This document shows positions 10,243-20,950 of a stretch of 64,000 nucleotides of DNA, piece after piece. The notes under the pieces are model-generated. The model had not been told where the DNA came from and ran no database searches. It saw nothing but the letters and a program-made list of their open reading frames with translations. The DNA is taken from IMG/VR virus record IMGVR_UViG_3300014205_009008; one strand, 5' to 3'. Each line of letters opens with the position of its first letter. Positions within the stretch are counted from its first letter, which is position 1. The translations under genes and the position numbers were made by a program. The stretch comes from an uncultured virus (IMG/VR IMGVR_UViG_3300014205_009008) (Duplodnaviria > Heunggongvirae > Uroviricota > Caudoviricetes).

Positions 10243-11388
10243 ATGACCGGCAATACACTTACCCTAACAGATGGGAAAACACTATGGCTACACAAGGTGC
10301 GGCATGATGGGTACGATCTTCACGAATTCCTGCAAACACATAAGATTAAATGGGACAAAAGTCCAGAATCTCTAATACGTGAATACCTCAAATATCGGGC
10401 AAAGCAAGGAGGAAGACCATCCGAATTTGATCTAGTAGAAAACCAGAAAGGCTTGATATTTTCATTCCTACTACCTGCAAATGTTCCTGATGTCAGTACC
10501 GAAATTTACTACTCCAACCTATTTGACCTAGCACACCAAGAAATGGATAAAGATCCGCACAAATGGGATGGGTTTTTAACGAGCTATGCCGATTACGAAT
10601 ACTTTATAGACTATAAAAACGGGGAAGCGTACCATATGCAGGACGAACCAATTATGGTACAAAAGAAAACTGCCGTTAAATTATCCAAAGTAGACCTAGA
10701 GAAGGCATCTGAAACACTGCTATTTCCAATACAGGAGCTAATCGGCAAATTGTTAAAATTAAAGCAGGTTAAATCCTCAGCTTTCACCCAGCAGGCACTC
10801 AAAAAGTATTGCTTGGACATATTCACGGTTAAGAATATCGCAGGAAAACCAATGCTTATTATGGGAAACTCACCAATTACACCAAAAGACGCCATGGCAA
10901 ACGTCACCTGTATAGCTGGTCGAGTACTAGATGAGTGTGCAATCAGGCATGTAGTTAAAGAAATCAAATGGACAAGGGCAACAAAGGCAAAAATGGAACG
11001 TGTGAAGAAAGCTATGCCGAAGGAAGTTTATGCGCAATTAATACAGGTTGAGGAGGCAGCTAGGACACTAGGGCAAGAAGCGTTCACTACAGCAGTTAAA
11101 GACTATAAGTCTCGAGAATATTACCATTGGGAATGGATGATAAATACCAATAATGGTAAAAAGTTCAACATCTACGGGTGTAGCCGACCAGAACACACGT
11201 TGTTTGCAGTTAGACAACAAGGAAAGAATTTCCCACATTATAGAACCGTTAAGGAATACCAGCAAGCTATTCATAAGGAGATTTGTAAGGCAATCAAAAC
11301 CAAGTTGCCATTGCCACCATTTTCTAAGCGTAATACGTCCCACGAAAAAGTTAGAGCAACGGTCAAGAAAGGAATGACGGCTAAATGA
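10243..11388 (+). CDS. Hypothetical protein
   Basis: 381-aa ORF after AAACATAAAA. Confidence 0.6.
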   Translation: MTGNTLTLTDGKTLWLHKVRHDGYDLHEFLQTHKIKWDKSPESLIREYLKYRAKQGGRPSEFDLVENQKGLIFSFLLPANVPDVSTEIYYSNLFDLAHQEMDKDPHKWDGFLTSYADYEYFIDYKNGEAYHMQDEPIMVQKKTAVKLSKVDLEKASETLLFPIQELIGKLLKLKQVKSSAFTQQALKKYCLDIFTVKNIAGKPMLIMGNSPITPKDAMANVTCIAGRVLDECAIRHVVKEIKWTRATKAKMERVKKAMPKEVYAQLIQVEEAARTLGQEAFTTAVKDYKSREYYHWEWMINTNNGKKFNIYGCSRPEHTLFAVRQQGKNFPHYRTVKEYQQAIHKEICKAIKTKLPLPPFSKRNTSHEKVRATVKKGMTAK

Positions 11389-11427
11389 TTCAGTAGCACA
11401 TTGGTTGTTGTCAAAAACAAATAAATT

Positions 11428-11865
11428 ATGCCAGTTTATCCAAAAGGAACCAAATTTCTGTATTTTTCAAGTGCAGTCGTTTCCATGCAGAAAACAGATC
11501 TGGCCCCTGGGAAAACAGTGCTGGTTGAGGAGAATTTTGGCATTTACAAGGAGAAGAATAGAGTTCCCACTGAAAAACTAAGGCCGGCACCTCCACGCCA
11601 CCCACGCTTTAGTGAAATTAAATGTGTCACAGGATATGTTGACAGCTACGGAGCTGTTCACGCTGTTATAATCTTTGATGATCAGGATACCCAGCATGAG
11701 GCAGTGTTTCCAGAAGTAACAAGGCACAAGCGTTGGCGATGGTGGAGAAGCGAAGGCTTAGATAAGAGTGCACTCAATCAGGTTGAGCCAGATAGCGAGG
11801 ACTGGGAAAACATTAAGTCATGGTTATTAAAGAACGGTTGCTTTAACTACTGGGAAGTGGATTAA
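11428..11865 (+). CDS. Hypothetical protein
   Basis: 145-aa ORF. Confidence 0.5.
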   Translation: MPVYPKGTKFLYFSSAVVSMQKTDLAPGKTVLVEENFGIYKEKNRVPTEKLRPAPPRHPRFSEIKCVTGYVDSYGAVHAVIIFDDQDTQHEAVFPEVTRHKRWRWWRSEGLDKSALNQVEPDSEDWENIKSWLLKNGCFNYWEVD

Positions 11866-11885
11866 AAAAACCCGTTACAACGGAA

Positions 11886-11914
11886 TTGACACGCACCGCC
11901 TACAAGTATACAAT
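11886..11914 (+). promoter_or_regulatory. sigma70-type promoter
   Basis: TTGACA-N17-TACAAT upstream of the ATG at 11937. Confidence 0.7.
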
Positions 11915-11936
11915 ATTGAACTAGACACCGAACCAT

Positions 11937-12928
11937 ATGAAGATAAGAACTCTACTCACAATAGTAATCGGCATCCCATGTAGCGTGATGGCTGACCCAT
12001 ACCCCAACACGCAGTCGCCGGAGCAAGCATCCTACACGTCACCATATGTATATTCGCCAGCCATCACAGCACCAGCCATCACCACAGGATTTAACGATGA
12101 TCCACGAGTCTTTACCAACTGGCAGGACTGGTCGCTAACACCTTACTCCGATTGGCAAAACTTTAACGCCATACAACACCTCGACTCCACTTGGGGGGCA
12201 TACTTCAAACCTATAAACGGACCAGTAGATGTACAAAGTGCCACAACCGAATGGCTGCAGACCAGACTGGTTGCAGCAGCATCTCTCCTGCGCAATACAG
12301 TGCCATACGGGCATCACCACATCCAAGTTTGGGACGTACCAAATACCACTCAGTGGACAGATGCAGGTTACGAGGCAGGCTACGGAATTGACTGCTCAGA
12401 CTTCACACACTGGACTTACAATTACGGGCTAGCATCCAACTCAAAACCGGGGTAGCAGAACAAGCCGCCATGACATCGGCTGAAATATATCTTGATGATG
12501 GAAGCGTGGTTCTAGTTGAAGGGCAGCATCTATTCGACGTTCATAACGGATATGTCAAAGACTACAACTCACTCGTATCCAGTCTGCAGCCCGGCGATCT
12601 TCTATATATTCGCAGTGACCCAGCACTCTCAAATCCTATCTCCCACGTTATCATGTGGCTCGGTGGATTAGCTACAGATACAAACGGAATCGATGCATAC
12701 TTTGTCACAGACAGCCACGGAGATGTAGTGTATGATTCCAACGGAAACCTTATACCATCTGGACCAGAAATCCGACCATTCGGAAAAGACAGTTACTACT
12801 TTGGCTCATTCGACCACGTAGTGCGTTACGCACCATTGAATATTGTTCCAGAACCAACAACAATAGGGCTCTTTGTTTCGGGAGCGATCATGCTGGACAT
12901 AAAGCTCAAGAAACGCCGCAAAGAATGA
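11937..12928 (+). pseudogene. Secreted NlpC/P60 peptidase with PEP-CTERM anchor, split by a 1-nt frameshift near 12432
   Basis: Signal peptide and GIDCSDF in ORF1; LQPGDLLY, SHVIMWLG and VPEPTTIGLF...KKRRKE in ORF2. Adding one base restores YGLGIQLKTGVAEQAAM. Confidence 0.8.
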
Positions 12929-13557
12929 AACTAGGGACTACAATGTCTGAGGATCTGATCGCTGAGTGGACAACGCCAGGGCTAATAGGAGTTTCACGAC
13001 TGCACGAAGCATGTATGAACGGTAACCTAGAAAAGGTCCCAAAACTTCTAATTACTGACGAATATCTGAGTCAAACAGAAGCTAGAAGCAAAGAAACCTC
13101 GTTTCACTACTTGGCCATAAGCAAGGCATTAGATAAACTTCCTATCGGCGTACTAAACCACCAAAACCTTACCAAGCCAGATGCATTGGGCACTTCCGTA
13201 CTACACATAGCAGCCGAAAATGGGAGCATAGAACAGATACCAAAAAATCTCCTAACTAGAGAAATCTTATTAGAAGGTGATACACGCAGCGTACTTCACC
13301 TTGCAGCGAGGTACGGGCACCTCGACAAGTTACCAGACGTATTTCTGCCAGAAGATTATCTTATCGAGATAAATCAATGGACACCATTCCATTTGGCAAA
13401 ATGCTGGGGCCACATGCACCAACTCCTGGGAGTTGACCTGCCCAAATCCTGTGAAAAGAGTGTAGATAAGGAATGGTGGGAGAAAAATCAACGATTGCTT
13501 CATGTTCAGGAAGAACTTATAGTTAACACCACAACACCCGACCTCGACCTATTTTAA
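12925..13557 (+). CDS. Ankyrin-repeat protein with WW/DLF tail
   Basis: SVLHIAAENG and SVLHLAARYG; ends KEWW...DLDLF. Confidence 0.85.
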   Translation: MKLGTTMSEDLIAEWTTPGLIGVSRLHEACMNGNLEKVPKLLITDEYLSQTEARSKETSFHYLAISKALDKLPIGVLNHQNLTKPDALGTSVLHIAAENGSIEQIPKNLLTREILLEGDTRSVLHLAARYGHLDKLPDVFLPEDYLIEINQWTPFHLAKCWGHMHQLLGVDLPKSCEKSVDKEWWEKNQRLLHVQEELIVNTTTPDLDLF

Positions 13558-13595
13558 ATTATATAGGCTACGCCTTATCTATCAAATAAAGTATC

Positions 13596-14018
13596 ATGCG
13601 AAGTTTGCAAAAGAGTGGGCGTTATGTGTTTCCTCGCTCACTTGTCGACATACCACATATCCAGTCACAGGCCGCGCGCATATTGCTAGAGAAAGCACTT
13701 AGAAAGGCGCAAGGGCCTGTATTGCCAAAATGGATTGTATGGCTAAAGTTCAGGGAAGAATTTCTAGCAGAACTGCCCACTGACGCGTGCACTTGTTTCT
13801 ATTGTGACAAACCGCTGGATAGAAAGATAACCAATCAGAAGCACCCCATGTGCCCGACGCTGGATCATTTTACACCGCTAGCGTCTGGCGGGTCAAAATA
13901 TGATAAGAAAAATCTGGTCATCTCCTGCCGCAAATGTAACTCGAAGAAAGGGCATATGCAGCCAGAAGAATTCATCAGAAATCATGCCCCACAAAAGTAC
14001 CAAGAAATCTATGGCTAA
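13596..14018 (+). CDS. HNH endonuclease
   Basis: CFYC...TLDHFTPLASGG...NLVISCRKCNSKKG. Confidence 0.9.
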   Translation: MRSLQKSGRYVFPRSLVDIPHIQSQAARILLEKALRKAQGPVLPKWIVWLKFREEFLAELPTDACTCFYCDKPLDRKITNQKHPMCPTLDHFTPLASGGSKYDKKNLVISCRKCNSKKGHMQPEEFIRNHAPQKYQEIYG

Positions 14019-14280
14019 GAAACCCATATTTGACTGCTTCGATTGTCAGCAGAACACCGCCGAAATCGACGAGTACTTCATGATACACAACGAGCTTTGG
14101 GATATCGTGACAGCACCACCCAAAAAAGGCGGGTATCGCATCCTGCTATGCATTGGATGCACAGAAGACAGGCTGGGAAGAAAACTAACCAAAGATGATT
14201 TCACAGATTGCCCTCTAAACACTGGAGAGCTGGATTTTAACCCACACTCAGACCGCATGAAAGACAGATTGTCAGCATAG
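14011..14280 (+). CDS. Small Zn-finger-like phage protein
   Basis: CFDC...LCIGCTEDRLGR; start moved to the ATG at 14011. Confidence 0.55.
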   Translation: MAKKPIFDCFDCQQNTAEIDEYFMIHNELWDIVTAPPKKGGYRILLCIGCTEDRLGRKLTKDDFTDCPLNTGELDFNPHSDRMKDRLSA

Positions 14281-14310
14281 GCTACGCCAAACCATACCAA
14301 CAGCACCATC

Positions 14311-14766
14311 ATGATCCGCTACCTCATTATCATCTCCATCGCATTCGCACTGCTGAGCCTAACTCACGCAAGCATTCCAAAGGAGACTATTTCCGTTCCT
14401 GTCACGAAGCTCGACACCATCAAGTTCAACGGCGAGGATTACAAGCTCAAATCATCCAACCCTTCCGAAATTGGCACGCAAGAAGTATTTGAGGGTCCAA
14501 AGGCATTTATCACCAGAATCTCTGGCACCAGCAATCCGAAATACGAGGTTGCAGGTGCTGCAAAAATTGAAGGAGCAAAGCTATTTTGGCAGTCAGACGA
14601 ATCACTAGGATTCCAATACGACGTCAAGGGCCGCAAAGTTCTCGAAATCTGGCTGTTCAGCGACAACCAGACACTAGCCTATACTGAGATCACGGACCAG
14701 TTGCCCAAAAAGGAAGATCTGGAGAAAATTGTAACCAACCTGTCGTCCCTCAAAAACAACCTGTAA
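14311..14766 (+). CDS. Hypothetical exported protein
   Basis: N-terminal signal peptide MIRYLIIISIAFALLSLTHA. Confidence 0.55.
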   Translation: MIRYLIIISIAFALLSLTHASIPKETISVPVTKLDTIKFNGEDYKLKSSNPSEIGTQEVFEGPKAFITRISGTSNPKYEVAGAAKIEGAKLFWQSDESLGFQYDVKGRKVLEIWLFSDNQTLAYTEITDQLPKKEDLEKIVTNLSSLKNNL

Positions 14767-14770
14767 TATT

Positions 14771-15337
14771 ATGTATCGTACCCCATACCTCATCCAGCGG
14801 ATTACCAAACCAACCGTCAAACTCAAATTCCCCGCCAACCGAAGCATCTTCGGTTTCTATCAAGGGGAGGCAAATTCCGATACAGCCCAAGCTGACAGGC
14901 TGCTAATTCGAGCAGCACTGCCTTTGGATTCTATGGGTAGCGCGGAGTTCGAGTTTGGGGCAGTACCCAAAAGCTTCCGGCAGATGGCTGCAATCAAAGA
15001 CGAACTTGTCACAGAAGTCTTTGAAATGGTTGGAACCCCCGAAACCTTTTCCATCGCAGGACCGGTGCCAACCATTAAGGCGAAGGTATACCTCCTGTGC
15101 CGTAAGGATCAGGTAGACCAGCTCAAAGCAGACTTGGAAAAATTCGCCAAATCCAACTACAAGCTCCGCTGCAAGGAGACACCAAAGATTAAAAATGGGC
15201 TCTTCGGCGAGTACGATATGGACGGCAAGCTTAAAAAATCCAATGTTGTGGCATGGTTTGACTTGGATAACCTATGGTTTCTCACCACCACAGTCTCGCA
15301 CCTGGCAAGCATGAAGCTGCTCCTAGGCATGAAATGA
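14771..15337 (+). CDS. Hypothetical phage-type protein
   Basis: ORF with MGSAEFEFGAVPKS. Confidence 0.55.
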   Translation: MYRTPYLIQRITKPTVKLKFPANRSIFGFYQGEANSDTAQADRLLIRAALPLDSMGSAEFEFGAVPKSFRQMAAIKDELVTEVFEMVGTPETFSIAGPVPTIKAKVYLLCRKDQVDQLKADLEKFAKSNYKLRCKETPKIKNGLFGEYDMDGKLKKSNVVAWFDLDNLWFLTTTVSHLASMKLLLGMK

Positions 15338-15351
15338 AAAACATAATTTCC

Positions 15352-15852
15352 ATGAAGCTTAAGTTTAAACAATCGGCTAATCAAAAAGCATTGGTGGAAA
15401 ATACCAAGAAAGCACTCGAGCTATTCGCAAAGCTCGAGCTGCAGCCGATTGTTACAAAGGGGGAATTCGGCACAAAGATCGAACTGTCACTGTCAATCAA
15501 TGTTAAAGGAAAGTCGGACACGATCTCCCCAACATTGAGTTTTATTATCACCGACAAAGAGTGGCCAGTATCATTGCTGCAGACAAAAACTGCTCACGCT
15601 AGCGCCCAACTACCAGACTTGTCACCAAACCCAGAGGACCAAGTTGGAAATCTCGACGAAGCCAACTACTACAGGATTGACCAAATACCGCAACTAATCG
15701 AAAAACAAGTTACAGGTTGTGTTATTGATCAAATCGTCAGCATCAAACAATTCCTTACCTGTGATAACGAGCCCAAAGACGGTGAGAAAATATTCAAACC
15801 ATTCTTCAGGACATACTACCAGCTGGAAACCCCAAAACCAGTATCAAAATAA
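15352..15852 (+). CDS. Hypothetical protein
   Basis: Start inferred after AAACATAATTTCC. Confidence 0.5.
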   Translation: MKLKFKQSANQKALVENTKKALELFAKLELQPIVTKGEFGTKIELSLSINVKGKSDTISPTLSFIITDKEWPVSLLQTKTAHASAQLPDLSPNPEDQVGNLDEANYYRIDQIPQLIEKQVTGCVIDQIVSIKQFLTCDNEPKDGEKIFKPFFRTYYQLETPKPVSK

Positions 15853-16451
15853 TGTGTGATCATAACAACAACCCAGGTTATTGGCAGCAAGGTTTAGAAA
15901 TACTGGCAAAGCGCGCCTATCCAGAACTGAAGAAGTCAGGCATGTGTAGCAGACACAGAGAAAACGGGCACTTCGAATGTGAGATTTGTTACCCTGTCTG
16001 GGATGAGCTACTAAAGGCCCACATGGAGGTTTCCCACAGACTGTACGACGAATTGCTAGCACTGTCTGGCCTTACAGATCCGCCAAATGGGAGGATAGGA
16101 ACCAATGCGATAGTTGCAGAACTTAAACGCAAGCTCAAGATGGAAGAAGTCCGTTCATCCCCAGTCACCTGCATTAGAAAGCCGAACACACCAAAAGACG
16201 ACATCAAGCATGTCCTCGACCGAATGTGGAACTGGAAAATGGATTCTGCATTTCGGGTGGCCTCTGCTATCGAAAATTTCCCACCTGAAGCACTCGCTAA
16301 GCTGAATTACCTCAAGGACGAATTCGGCAACTGCGGTTGGCAGGATGGTGAAGCTTACGGCAAACTGCGAGACGCGAATAACGAGGTTGCGGAACTGCTG
16401 GGGTATACATGGAGCGACGATCAGGATAAATGGATTCTGAAACCAAGTTAG
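15852..16451 (+). CDS. Hypothetical protein
   Basis: 199-aa ORF with an overlapping stop/start. Confidence 0.5.
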   Translation: MCDHNNNPGYWQQGLEILAKRAYPELKKSGMCSRHRENGHFECEICYPVWDELLKAHMEVSHRLYDELLALSGLTDPPNGRIGTNAIVAELKRKLKMEEVRSSPVTCIRKPNTPKDDIKHVLDRMWNWKMDSAFRVASAIENFPPEALAKLNYLKDEFGNCGWQDGEAYGKLRDANNEVAELLGYTWSDDQDKWILKPS

Positions 16452-16501
16452 CGCTACGCGCCATTCATTAAAGGCTACATCTAGCACCGAAGGTAAGAAG
16501 C

Positions 16502-16843
16502 ATGAAATATTTTCTCATCGCTGGCATTGTTGGAATCTCAGCAATATCTGCACTCATTAATCAGCCGCCACTCCCGAAGTTCATAGATCACAAGATTCTG
16601 AATGTGTCGGGCATTACCATCCATAAGAACTCTACGGCAACCATTATTAGCGATACCGGTAAAGTCACCATCGCCTTTAATGGTAAGGCACGAATCAGCA
16701 CCAGCACAGATTCGAATGCTGTTCGCGTGATTGATGAGATAGATACTCTCTGGCTGCACACAAGAAATCTAGAAATCCAAATCCAGACCCCCGAAGTCCT
16801 TAGAGATGAAAGACAGGGAGTTATTGCTAACGCAAAAACTTAG
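16502..16843 (+). CDS. Hypothetical exported protein
   Basis: Hydrophobic N-terminus. Confidence 0.45.
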   Translation: MKYFLIAGIVGISAISALINQPPLPKFIDHKILNVSGITIHKNSTATIISDTGKVTIAFNGKARISTSTDSNAVRVIDEIDTLWLHTRNLEIQIQTPEVLRDERQGVIANAKT

Positions 16844-17645
16844 CATGACGAGGAATATGTCCAACAAGAAACCCACAAAACCTACTGTAACAGACGAGCA
16901 AGTTATCGAGCGGGAGTTTGGGTACGCGACAATCTTGCCACCAACGCGCTCCTTCGAAGTAGGAGAAATGGTAGAACTTGGAAATATTGAGCGTTCTGAG
17001 ATCATTGGCAAATTTAAGGATGGGAGTATCTACAAGCTCCGCACCACACACACCAAGCGGGACGGCGTTGCAATCAATGAGACTTTTGCTCTTTGGTTTG
17101 AGATCAGCAAATTTGGCACCAGAGAAAAGAATAACTCGCAGCCCAACCTAGCAGCACCTGACACCCTGCATTATCGCACGCTAAACTCGCAGGTTTCCAG
17201 CCTACTCTCAAGGATCTCCCATTTTGGCGTTGAGTTTTGCCCGAGCTATCAGAGAGGTTATGCATGGACTCCTGAGCAAAAACAAGCACTTATCACCACA
17301 CTCTTGGAACGCGGGTCCATTGGCACTTTCTCATTTAACCGACGCAGCTACGGAACCAAGGGCCCACTCTATGAGATCGTTGACGGCAAACAACGTTTAA
17401 CAGCACTCAATGAGTTCTTCCAAGACCAATTCAGCATCAAAGGCAAGTACTTCAGCGAGCTGACTACCTCCGACCAGTCCCTCATCGAGAATGCGCCAGC
17501 ACTCATTTACGATCTTGAAGAGGCCTCGGAGAAGGACATCCTGATACTATTCCTTCGTGTCAACAGGGCTGGAACTCCAGTCGACCAAGAGCACATCAAC
17601 AAGGTTCAGGCCCGCCTGAATGAACTACTGAATGCACCAGTATGA
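16844..17645 (+). CDS. DUF262 (ParB/Srx-like) domain protein
   Basis: PSYQRGYAWT, EIVDGKQRLTAL and FLRVNRAG motifs. Confidence 0.85.
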
Positions 17646-18280
17646 CACTGGATCAGAAGATAAACCTCAAAAGCTGGTACTCCAAAAACGGTAACTCGGA
17701 GCTACACAACATTGTCTACAACAAGGTAGACCAAAACTGGGGACGTTACGACAAAGACATTCAGACGTATCAGAAATCTATCTACCAGCCCCAGATAGCC
17801 CCAAAACCATCATCTTGCATCGGCCTGCTCAATAAAGTTTATTCATTCTACGCAGACCTCTGCATTGTTTTATTCAAGTTTCTTTTCAAGCCAGACAGCC
17901 TTATTTCAGGCGAACCAGCAAATGGTAAAGTATATTTTGAGGAAGGATACTTGGAAGGTAAAACACAAGCCTTACTGGAGGATAAAAATAAGCGCCCAGC
18001 ACGTCAAATGACTGGGCTGCCAATACCTTTCGCACAGTGTGCAACACATACGTCAGTAGACCTGTGGCAGGTAAGACCACAAAAGTCCAACAACCCGCCG
18101 GCCACTGGGCTTTCATCTCTTACAAAGGAATTCACACAACTTTGCGAAACTTGCCTGCGACTCAAAGAATTAGTCTCCTCTAGTCACGGTAAAGAAAAGG
18201 CAAAGCTACACAACCAGCTTCAGCGGTCGCAGGCCGCACTAACCAAAGTTCAGCAACAAATCCAAACCCTACTCACATGA
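17642..18280 (+). CDS. Hypothetical protein
   Basis: ATGA overlap with its neighbours. Confidence 0.5.
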   Translation: MTLDQKINLKSWYSKNGNSELHNIVYNKVDQNWGRYDKDIQTYQKSIYQPQIAPKPSSCIGLLNKVYSFYADLCIVLFKFLFKPDSLISGEPANGKVYFEEGYLEGKTQALLEDKNKRPARQMTGLPIPFAQCATHTSVDLWQVRPQKSNNPPATGLSSLTKEFTQLCETCLRLKELVSSSHGKEKAKLHNQLQRSQAALTKVQQQIQTLLT

Positions 18281-19332
18281 ACCCACAAGTAATCAAAGTA
18301 CTCACCGAAAGACTGCCAAAGTCGTTCGTCAAAACTGGACCATCATCCTTCATGCTCCGCAACCCTGGCAAGATCGTGTTTGTCAAGGTAAACAGCGACA
18401 GCGTCCTCATCGTCAACGACGGAGGAGAATTCCAAAGTGGCATGGACATGGTCCGCATCCTGAAGGCCGAAGACGCAGCGCACCAAGCGGAACTTGATGA
18501 GCAAATAGTTCAGGATATCGTCTCACTAGCCTAGAGAATAGCGGATTGGCTACGCCATACCCAGCCAAGAACAACAGCATGAAGCTCAAAATCAATCGGA
18601 CAGTATTCTGGTTCATACTAAGCTATTCCCTGTTATTGAACCTAGCCATTACGGGTGTCGCAACGAACATGTCGATAAAACATAAGGCAGTCGCTAAAGC
18701 ACAGGAACCCACAGCCACTAAGACCTACCCAAACATTATTGAGGATCTCGAAAAGGCCCCAGCCATTTCAGTTATGGCAATCGATGAGGTCGGCGTCTCA
18801 AATGACATGAGCATCGAATCTCTCCAGAAAGCGGTAGCCGAAGAAGTCAACGAACAAGCAGCCAAGCTCGCCACCAAATAAAAAATCATGGATACCAACG
18901 ATCAGAACACCGACAGGGCTCAGCTACAGGCTCTCTCCCAAGTGCAGCCCTCAAGCGAAACCACCAACGTGCAACGCATTGAAATCAACAGGGACTTTTA
19001 CTCAGAATGAGCGAGCGATTCGACGATAAATACAAGGTTGGGGAGGCACATGAGCTGCCACTGAACCATACCCTAGCCCGCACCGAGTTTGTTGCAAGGG
19101 CACTGGAAATCCAAGCCATCCAAGCATGGGCAGGATCAGAAGGAATCCAGCTCCGATCGGAGTACTGCACCAGCGTCCGCAAAAAGGGTGGGAAAATCAT
19201 TTCTGCCAAGGTTCTGACCTACGACTACAAGCCCATGGCAGCAATGGCTGAACCACAGGCAAAAAGGCAGGTCGTGGTTTCAACAATCAACTAAAGAAAT
19301 GCTACGCAAAATTTAATCAACAACCATAACAT

Positions 19333-19863
19333 ATGAAAATTGGAATCGACATCGACGACACGCTAAACAAACTTTCTGAGTCCTGGATTGAATGGATCGT
19401 AGCACATTACGACTCCCAATTCTCTCAGGATAAGTGGCGCTCATGGGACCTGCCAAGCCACGCTCAGGGCGGAGAAAGGCTCTTTGATTTCCTGCATATG
19501 GAGGGAACCTTCTCCAAACTCGGAATTCGCAGTGATGCCCAGCGGGTCACCAAGCGCCTTGCAGAAAAACACGAGCTTTACACCATCTCAGCCTTTGGAT
19601 CTGTCCACCACGGCCTCGTCGAAAAAGGCGACTGGCTGGCCAAAAACTTCCCTCACATTCCAGTCAAGAACTACATGTTCTGCAACACCAAAGGGCTGGT
19701 TGGAGTGGATGTCCTCATCGATGACGGCCCACACAACTTCGACGGGTTCAAGGGTATCCCAATCGTGATGGATAAGCCATGGAACCGCTCCGCCCAAATC
19801 ACCAACCGCGCCAAGAACTGGAACGACGTGGAGAAGATCTTTGAAGTCAACGGATGGCTCTAA
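19333..19863 (+). CDS. 5'(3')-deoxyribonucleotidase (NT5C, HAD family)
   Basis: IGIDIDDTL, VLIDDGPHN and PWNR motifs. Confidence 0.9.
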   Translation: MKIGIDIDDTLNKLSESWIEWIVAHYDSQFSQDKWRSWDLPSHAQGGERLFDFLHMEGTFSKLGIRSDAQRVTKRLAEKHELYTISAFGSVHHGLVEKGDWLAKNFPHIPVKNYMFCNTKGLVGVDVLIDDGPHNFDGFKGIPIVMDKPWNRSAQITNRAKNWNDVEKIFEVNGWL

Positions 19864-20410
19864 CAGGGTTGTCATATGAAAAAGAAAATCCTTCAGTTCC
19901 TTCTCCGCTGTTATCTCAAAGCTAACATCAGGCAGGGGTCAGCACAACACCGCGCAGATTTTCATGAACTGATCGACGAGACTCTGAAGGCAATGGAGTC
20001 AGCCTTCCACGAAGAATCCCGAATCCAGCTCAAAGGATACCTCAAGCAATGTGTTGATGAGGTGGACTGCAGCTATCCTTAAGTCAGAACGGCTACGCCT
20101 CTGACAAAAACAAAAGTAATATGTCAGAGATAGAACAATTTCTATTCCCAATGCAAGTGGAGACCAACCCTGCCCCATTCAGGTTCTCCAAACTTGCGCC
20201 CAAGGAAAAGACCGAGCTTGTCAGCAAGACTCTAAAGTCCATCTACGCGGCAGTACCCAAAAGCAAAAAACACAACACCCAGATTACCAAATTTGTATGG
20301 GCGCAGTATAAGTTGGGCGCCGACTCCATCAACCCTGCAACGATTGAATCACAAGTTTCAAAAATCGAATACCAAGAAGAGCTAGAAAAAGCACAAATGG
20401 AGATCACGAA

Positions 20411-20950
20411 ATGAAACTCTCGCTATTCCGTACCCCAAAACCTGAAGCACAACTAGCAATCAAGGAGAAACCAGCATACACACTTGATCCTTACATGCTG
20501 GAGTATGAGCTCAGACTAGTCCGGCAAAACAAGCCCAAGCGTGTCCCAACTATCCGAGAGTTTACTAGTGGTGTACACAAACTCATAGGCGGAAGTTGCT
20601 ACATGATGTCGCCCAGTCGTGCAGCGGTCATAGCCTACTGGAATGGGGAAATTTTCCCAGAAAACAATCCGGTCATCCATGTTTTTGCACTTAGCGAATA
20701 TGGAGAACCAGAAGTAGTGCTTAAAGCTGTATATGTCGGGGAAAGCGCCCTCGCATACAAAACCGGCAGTTCTTGGTTTGCTGCCCCAGAAGGATCAGCT
20801 TCCTTCGGAGATGCGGAAAGATGGGCAGCCAAAATTTCAGAATTCAGCAAGCAACAGCGCGAAACCAAGCCCGGACTACCAAAATACATACAGAATCAGC
20901 CAGATTGGATCAAGGAGAGGTATTGCGCAAAACGCAACATCAAGCAGTGA
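20411..20950 (+). CDS. Hypothetical protein
   Basis: 179-aa ORF. Confidence 0.5.
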   Translation: MKLSLFRTPKPEAQLAIKEKPAYTLDPYMLEYELRLVRQNKPKRVPTIREFTSGVHKLIGGSCYMMSPSRAAVIAYWNGEIFPENNPVIHVFALSEYGEPEVVLKAVYVGESALAYKTGSSWFAAPEGSASFGDAERWAAKISEFSKQQRETKPGLPKYIQNQPDWIKERYCAKRNIKQ

